In this document: in pieces, positions 42,067-48,454 of the stretch
Layout of the letters: each line of letters starts with the position of its first letter
Position numbering within the stretch: the stretch's first letter is position 1
DNA from: an uncultured Gammaproteobacteria bacterium
GTDB lineage: Bacteria > Pseudomonadota > Gammaproteobacteria > Chromatiales > Chromatiaceae
Assembly (NCBI GenBank): GCA_963765415.1
Contig: CAVXWS010000087.1
Coordinates: forward strand, 1-48,454
Direction: 5' to 3'
DNA: 48,454 nucleotides
Made by a program: the position numbers and the translations under genes
Notes under the pieces: model-generated
The model's input: only the letters and a program-made list of their open reading frames with translations
The model's database searches: none
Told to the model about the DNA's origin: nothing

Positions 42067-43822
42067 ATGCAACCAGCAAAAATCATTCGGGTCATGAGAT
42101 TACTCCGCCAGCAATTGCTGGGCGTGTTCTGTCTCGCGTTGTGCGCCGCCAACCCGGCTCAGGCGAAGATCGACGTCGAGACGCAACGACAGCAGTTCGA
42201 GGCCGCCGAAAAGGCCTTACAGGCCGGCCAACACAAGACCTTTGAACGCTTGAAGCGACAGCTTCGAGGCTATCCGCTGTACCCCTACCTCGAATATGCC
42301 GACATCAAACGCAAGCTGGACTCGGTGCAGACGCGGAAGATCAGCCGGTTTCTGCTCGATCACCACGACACACCTTTGGCCGATCGCCTGCGTGACGGCT
42401 GGCTGGACCGACTGGCCAAGCGCGGACAGTGGCGCGAATACCTGCTGTTCTACGAACCCGACAGCAACGTCAGCCGCCGCTGCCACTATGCCCAGGCGCT
42501 GCTGCAGACCGGCAACAGGGCGCGCGCGCTCGATCTGGCCGAATCGCTCTGGCTTCACGGCCACTCCCGCCCGAGCAGCTGCGACCCGGTCTTCAAGGCC
42601 TGGCGCGAGTCCGGTCGGCAAACCGGGCAGATGGTGTGGCGACGGATCGAACTGGCGGTGGCGGCCGGCGAGCTGCGACTGGCCAAGTACCTCGAGCGAT
42701 ACCTGAGCAATGCCGACAAGGTGTGGCTGAATCGGTGGCTGCGCCTGCACCGCGAGCCGCAACAGGCGCTGCGCACAGAGGATTTCCGCGACGCCCACCC
42801 CTATCGGGAACGCATCCTGGGGCACGCGGTTGGACGGCTGAGCCGGTTCGACGAGTACGATGCCCTGGCACTGTGGGCCAAGCTCGAGCCCCGATACCCC
42901 TTCTCGGCCGACGATCGCTACGACATCGAACGTCAACTGGCTTTGGCCCTGGCGGACGAAGACTCGGATCGAGCCTACCAATTTCTGCAGGCCGTTACGC
43001 CCCGCGCCGAAGACCAGCGCCTGCAGACCGCCTTGCTGCTCGCCGCCCTGCGGCGGCACGACTGGCCGGGTTTTCTGACCCGGTTGGAGCGTTTGCCCCA
43101 GGACCTGGCCGAACTCGAACGCTGGCGCTACTGGCGCGGCCGGGCGCTGGAGCAGGTCGGGCGCGGTGAGGAGGCCCGGACGATCTTCCAAGGGGTAGCT
43201 CGGGAACGCAGCTATTACGGCTTTCTCGCCGCGGATCGGGCTGATCTGCCGTACACGCTCGACCATGCCGACACCCCGGTCGAGCCGAACGCGATCGAAC
43301 GCATCGAGGCGCTTGGCGCCACGCGCCGGGCGCGGGAGTTCCTCGCCCTGAACCGCTCCATCGAAGCCAGGCGGGAATGGCGCTACCTGCAACAATCACT
43401 CGACAAGGCCGGACTGCGGGCCGCCGCCAAGATCGCACAGGATTGGGGATGGCAGGATCAGGCGATCTTCACCCTCGCCAAGTCCGGCTACTGGGACGAC
43501 CTGGAACTGCGCTTCCCGTTGGAGCATGGCGAGACGGTGTTCCGTCACTCCGATCAGAATGAACTCGAACCGGCCTGGGTGTACGCGGTCATCCGCCAGG
43601 AAAGCGCCTTCAACCGCAAGGCCCACTCGCCGGCCGGGGCCCGCGGCCTGATGCAGCTGATGCCGGCCACGGCGCGGCTGGTCGCGACTCGACTGCTCAA
43701 CCGGCGGGCGCCGCGCCGGACCAAGCTGTACGACCCCGCGGTCAATATCGACCTCGGCACCACCTATCTGCGCCATGTGCTGGATCAGCTCGGCGATCAC
43801 CCGGTGCTGGCGACGGCGTTGG
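42067..43822 (+). CDS. slt: Soluble lytic murein transglycosylase (Slt70 family), C-terminally truncated at a composition break
   Basis: Signal peptide, long superhelical domain, then catalytic motif (EPAWVYAVIRQESAFNRKAHSPAGARGLMQLMPATA...YLRHVLDQLGDHPVLATA). The expected following AYNAGPGRV motif is absent and the sequence changes character at ~43822. Confidence 0.8.
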
Positions 43823-44701
43823 CGGATACACATTGGCTTGTTCGGGATCGTACAGCCTCCTTTCCGCTGACGCTGCTGATGCTGCTGGCCTGATAATACT
43901 GTTTTCATTTCCCCGTTCCAGCGAATCGTACACCTCCATGGCTATTTCGTCCAGCGACTTATTCTCAGGATTGTCGCCATTGTCGTTATCGTCGTCATCG
44001 TCGCACAGAAACGCCGGAAACGGCACAGCATCCAAGGCAATAGACGATGCTGTTGAGGAGGGAAAGTGGGCCCGTTGTTCTTGTTGGTGGCTGTTGCGGC
44101 TGGTCTTGATGAGCGATACATTATGGTTGGTCTTGCTGCCGTTGTCTATAAGTTTCACAGGCCGCACTTCGGTGATCCAGGTCTGTTTCATTTTGGATAG
44201 TTGGGAAAAGCAGCCCTGGTTCTCGGGACCACAAAACAAGCGACTGACTTGGTAATCGTTTCTTGGATTGTCCTCACTTCTCGTAACAATGGAGTCATCA
44301 TGCTGATCCCCAGAAACAACCTCCAACCACTTCCTGTTTTCATCTTTGTCGTCCTCGACTTCAAACCCGAACTCATTTGTATTGTCATCTGTATCTTCCC
44401 TTGGCTCGTGGTCGTCGACTTTGTTCTCGAAGATTATTACCGCGTCCCTCATTGGCTCATCATTTATGTTATTATCCTTGGCACGGGAGCAATCTTGCTC
44501 CTCCCCTTGCACCATCAGACGCTTCCGTCGCTTCGCCGCCAGGTAGAACAGCATCCCGTACGAGACCAGTGTCACGACGAGCATGACAATGCCGGCGACA
44601 CGAATGGGGCTCCACGTGGGCGGCACAAAGGGCTCGCCTCCAAAAAAGTCGTCTTCTTCTTCCAAGAAGCGTGCCTGTGGTTGTTGCGGTTGCATCATGG
44701 T
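43823..44701 (-). CDS. Acidic, low-complexity single-pass membrane protein of non-bacterial appearance; C-terminus cut by the 43.82-kb junction
   Basis: MMQPQQPQARFLEEEDDFFGGEPFVPPTWSPIRVAGIVMLVVTLVSYGMLFYLAAKRRKRL (N-out TM then basic stop-transfer), followed by D/E/N-rich cytoplasmic-looking tail (DDDDDNDNGDNPENKS). No Shine-Dalgarno-like sequence. ~550-bp AT-richer spacer to the divergent gene. Confidence 0.4.
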
Positions 44702-45835
44702 TTCCGAATAGTATGTATGTGCAAGCAAAGAATTTGTGTGATGGGTCCTCCTGCTGGTTCGCAAAGAAGGAACAGACTGCGCTCGCTCCCGGGCTTGCAT
44801 GTGCTTTCTTATCACTCTCTAGTCCCGAATAAGCCCCTAAGCCAGAAAAAAAGGCGAAGCCAGCCAATCAGATCGTCGGATGGGGAGGTCCTCTGGCGTG
44901 TCAACTGGTGTCAACGATTTTGAAAATGTCATTGAGACGTCGCGCCACGTGCAATATAAGCCCAGATACCGAATGAGAATCACAAGGCTGTAGAGAGTGG
45001 CGAGCGAACGAACCGCGCGTCTTGTTGTATCTTCCTCTCGTCCCCACTTTGTGTGCCGTGTCGATGAGTGCCGTGCTTTTGTGCCTTACTCTCCTCCTTG
45101 CTCTGTTGGCGTATCTTGCTTCTCAGTCTCCTTGTCTTTCCCCTCCGAGCCTCCCGTAGGAAACAGTCGGAGACTTTTGCGCCGTGCTTGGCGCCCCCAG
45201 GGCCACCGTTGGCGTGTCGAAGAGGAAAGATACATCATACAGTATCATCATGGCCTCCTCCACCTCGGATGCTCCTTCTCCTACCGCCTCACCACACGGC
45301 CTCCATCCCTCGGTCACCCTCCCTCCCCCGCTCACCGCGGAACTCCTCGCGCAGTGTCCCTCACTGCTGCAAGGGGAATCGTTGGACGTGCAAGCGGAAG
45401 CGTTGCGGCTGTTTGCGCACCGCTATCAAAGCTGGCGGGGCCTCCGGGCGAGTTCCAACCCGGACGCCCAGCGGCGCGCCCAGGCCTGCGATCCGCCCCT
45501 TTTGCTGGCGCGCGCCGTGGAACAGGCCAAAGCCAAGCAGCAACAAAAGAATCCTGCATGCCTCCGCGGCATCTGCCAAACCGCGAGACAAGGAGAGCCA
45601 CGGAGGGCGATCGACAGTATCATCGAGGAATACGAGTGCGACGTCCGTCAGCACCGCATCGTCTCCCGCGCGGTCTAGTACTTCGACTACGACTACTGCT
45701 ACTTCGGCATCCTCCTCCCCCGGCGCCGCGACGGCTAGCAGCAGTGACGTCGCGGCCCTGCTGCGGCAGAGGATCTGTCTGGGAGACGACGCTTTTGCTT
45801 ACACACAACCTTCCCCCTCAGCTCGTCCCCGCCAT

Positions 45836-48454
45836 GCTTCCCCCCTGCCTGCCCCTCGGGCGGCTCGAAGGATTATCGGAACAACAGCAATCCGAAATTC
45901 TCACGATCTACACGCACAAGTTCCGCAGCGTGGCCGGCAAGAACGAGGCCATTTGGAACACGCCCAAATTTCAGCGCGCCCTGTTTGTGACGTCGGTGGA
46001 GCAGATTGTGGAGCAGATGATACAGCAGGAAGAGGAAGAAGACGCAGGGCGGCTGCAGTGGAGGACCCAGGATTCTTCTGCTTCGTCTCTTGTTTCGACC
46101 ACCGGCTCACAACCGCCGGAACGGCCCGAATTGTTGCTCCACGGCCGCGACGCGGCCGTCTTTCGCTCTCTGTCCGACGATCAGCAGGAAGCGGCGCGCC
46201 AATACTGCCTCCAAATGGCCCATTTGGAGGCGGCTAAAGGCGAGACCCTGCAAAACCCGGCGGGGTTCTTTGCCGCGCATCTCAAGCGATTTCTCCAACA
46301 GCAGCAGCAAAGTAGTAGCGGTGGTAGTAGGAATCAACCATCGCGACGACCCGCACGGTCCCGCGGCACCGAACGAGCGTCGTCGGGCATGGCTTCTTCC
46401 TCTTCCTCCTCTTCGTCTCCTCCGGCGTTTGAGCTCCGCGGAGACGCGCTCCGCTTGTTCGAGTCGCTGTCCCCGCAACTGCAACAAGAGGCGCAAGCAT
46501 TTTGCCTCGACGCGACGAAAGACCACCAAACCATCCAGAATCCGGCCCACTATTACGCCTCCCAGCTGGCCCGTTTCACCGTGCCCATCCAGGATCCGTC
46601 CGACCAACAACCGGGACTATCCACGGACGTGACGACGACGACGACCGAAGATGTCCCCGAATTCGAGCTCCGCGTCGATGACTCTCTCGCATCCTATCAG
46701 TCCCTTTCCAAGGAGCAGCAGCAAGAAGCACGCCAGTTCTGCCTCCAGGCGGCCGCCAAGTGCCACAACAACATCCAGCATCCCGCGGGCTTTTACGGCG
46801 CTCAACTCAAAGTCTACCTGGAAAAGACCAAAAAGAAAAGGTCGACTACCGCCGCTGCACGATCCACCACATCAGCGACCTCAACTACTGCTGCGGCAGC
46901 AACATCGGCGGATGTTGTCCCCGTGTTTGAGCTCCGTGGCGAGGCGCTCGCCTCCTTTGAGTCACTGTCGCCAGAGCAGCAGGACACGGCTCGTCAATTC
47001 TGTATCAAAGCTGCTGCTGCGAACAACGGTACCAAGCAACAACCGGCTGCGAAATTCTACGCGGCTCTTCTCCAGCAGTACCTGGACGACGATCCGATAC
47101 AAAAGTTGACGCCACAACCACCATCCGAACCATCCTCCGCGACAACCGAGGAGGCAACCGTGCCCGCCTTTTCGCTCCGTGGCGACGCGCTCGCCGCCTT
47201 CAAGGCTCTGCCCTACGATCAGCAAGAGGAGGCGCGTCAGTTCTGTCGCGACGCCGCGGCTCAGAGTCACAAAAAGAGCAGCATCATCAAGAACCCCATT
47301 GGATTCTACGGTACTCACTTCCAGCAGTACATGGATCAGGGCATCCGGTGACGACGAAGAAGAAGAATCCACCACGGCAGCAGCCGCCGCCGCCCGAATC
47401 ATCCTCCGAGCCGTCGGTCGGTGAGACGACCGTACCACCGTTCGAGCTCAAAGCCGACGCTCTCGCCTCCTTTGAGTCACTGTCGCAGGAACAGCAGGAC
47501 GCGGCGCGTCGATTCTGCATGGAATCTGCCAGAGGTCAGAACGTCAAACACCCGATGGGATTTTACAGTGCTCAGCTCCAGCAGTTTCTTATGGAGCACC
47601 ATCGCCGGACCAAAAAGAATACGGCACCTGCACCGGAATCAATGGCGACGGCTGCGCCTCCCGACACTGCTCCGGACTTTGTGCTTCGGGGCACCGATGC
47701 GGTCGCTATCTATGAGTCTCTATCTCCGGCGAGACAAGAAGCGGCTCGTCAGTTCTGTTTGGAAGCTGCCCGGGGCAAGGCCATCCAAAATCCTGCCAAC
47801 TTTTACGCCGCGCAACTCAAGCATTTCCTGGAAAGTGACAAGGAGGTTTTTGACCTTAGACTCTCCGGCGATCTGTTGGATCTCTTTGACTTGCTGGCTC
47901 CGCGCCAGCAGGAAGCGGCGCGACGATATTGTCAAGATGCGGCCCAGAAATCTCTTCGAGCCGGTCGCGCCATCCGAAACCCGGCGGCCTACCACACATC
48001 ACTCTTTCAATCCTTTCTCAACGAGGACACGGCTTCCGACAATGATGACATTCCGGAAGTCAAGTTCCAAGGGAGCAGCAAAACGCTCTTTGACAGCCTT
48101 CCACCACTGGAGCAAGCAGTCGCGCGCAAGAATCTGGAGGATTCGGCTCGTTCCGTGATCGAGTCGGGTAGAGTCGTTCGAACGCCTGCCGCCTTTTATG
48201 GGAACATTTTGCAGAGGTCTCTCCAGGATGGCAAGTACGTGGGTGCGATCCCCAAGTTTGAGCTGCGGGAGAACGTGGTGCGGTTGTTTTACAACCTCTC
48301 CCCCGAGCAGCAAACTGCGGCACGGAGAACGTGCGAAGACTCCGCCCTGTCTGAAATTCAGCTCGGTCGAGACATTAGCAACCCGGCTGCGTTTTATTCG
48401 AAAGTACTCCAGGCTTTTCTAAAGGGTGAGAGAAAGAAGGGGTCGGAGCGGTCC
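45836..48454 (+). CDS. Large tandem-repeat protein: >=11 copies of a ~55-aa unit (consensus vPxFELRGdALxxFESLSpEQQeAARQFCxxAA-x6-8-IqNPAxFYxAQLqqFL) joined by S/T/P/Q-rich linkers; runs off window end; one -1 frame change at ~47345
   Basis: Repeats read directly, e.g. PPAFELRGDALRLFESLSPQLQQEAQAFCLDATKDHQTIQNPAHYYASQLARF; VPEFELRVDDSLASYQSLSKEQQQEARQFCLQAAAKCHNNIQHPAGFYGAQLKVYL; VPVFELRGEALASFESLSPEQQDTARQFCIKAAA...FYAALLQQYL; VPPFELKADALASFESLSQEQQDAARRFCMESARGQNVKHPMGFYSAQLQQFL. The frame is open to the window end. Upstream (45250-45835) has further repeat-like ORF pieces in two other frames (introns or indels). Candidate ATGs at 45250 and 45836. Confidence 0.5.

Noticed and set aside
42217-43395. 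392-aa minus-strand ORF antisense to slt
   Set aside because: Shadow ORF inside a well-supported Slt70 gene
45068-46237. 389-aa frame-2 ORF across the N-terminal part of the repeat-protein locus
   Set aside because: Mostly Arg/Pro/Ser-rich out-of-frame translation of the repeat gene. Only a short stretch (…DVAALLRQRICLGDDAFAYTQ) looks like genuine coding, and I fold that into the repeat-protein start uncertainty

Overview
The window is mainly a high-GC (~65%) gammaproteobacterial chromosomal segment (about 6.4–43.8 kb) with conserved synteny. On the minus strand it carries spoT, rpoZ, gmk and yicC. Downstream are a Ser/Thr kinase, rph and rdgB. A complete napFDAGHB periplasmic nitrate reductase operon follows, next to an HAO-family octaheme cytochrome c and a Crp/Fnr-type regulator with an FNR/Dnr-like box. 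The remainder includes an NfeD–stomatin(SPFH)–pentapeptide-repeat operon, a two-component system, aceA with a divergent LysR regulator, rraA, aroG, an MCP, glcF, an inositol monophosphatase and slt. Two flanking segments differ in composition. The 5' segment (about 1–6.3 kb, roughly 50–57% GC) encodes an RND/MFP efflux pair, an E1-like ThiF, a two-domain nitroreductase and two LuxI/N-acyl-amino-acid-synthase-like acyltransferases; I read this as a candidate small-molecule biosynthesis and export island. The 3' segment (from about 43.82 kb) begins abruptly inside slt. It looks non-bacterial (eukaryote-like) and carries an acidic single-pass membrane protein plus a large protein built from at least 11 tandem copies of a ~55-aa repeat I cannot place in any family. 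Many genes across the window are broken into several reading frames as assembled. The disruptions are strongly clustered, which points to locally error-prone consensus, or a chimeric or low-coverage assembly, rather than true pseudogenes. I found no CRISPR array, no tRNA or rRNA genes, and no transposase or integrase.
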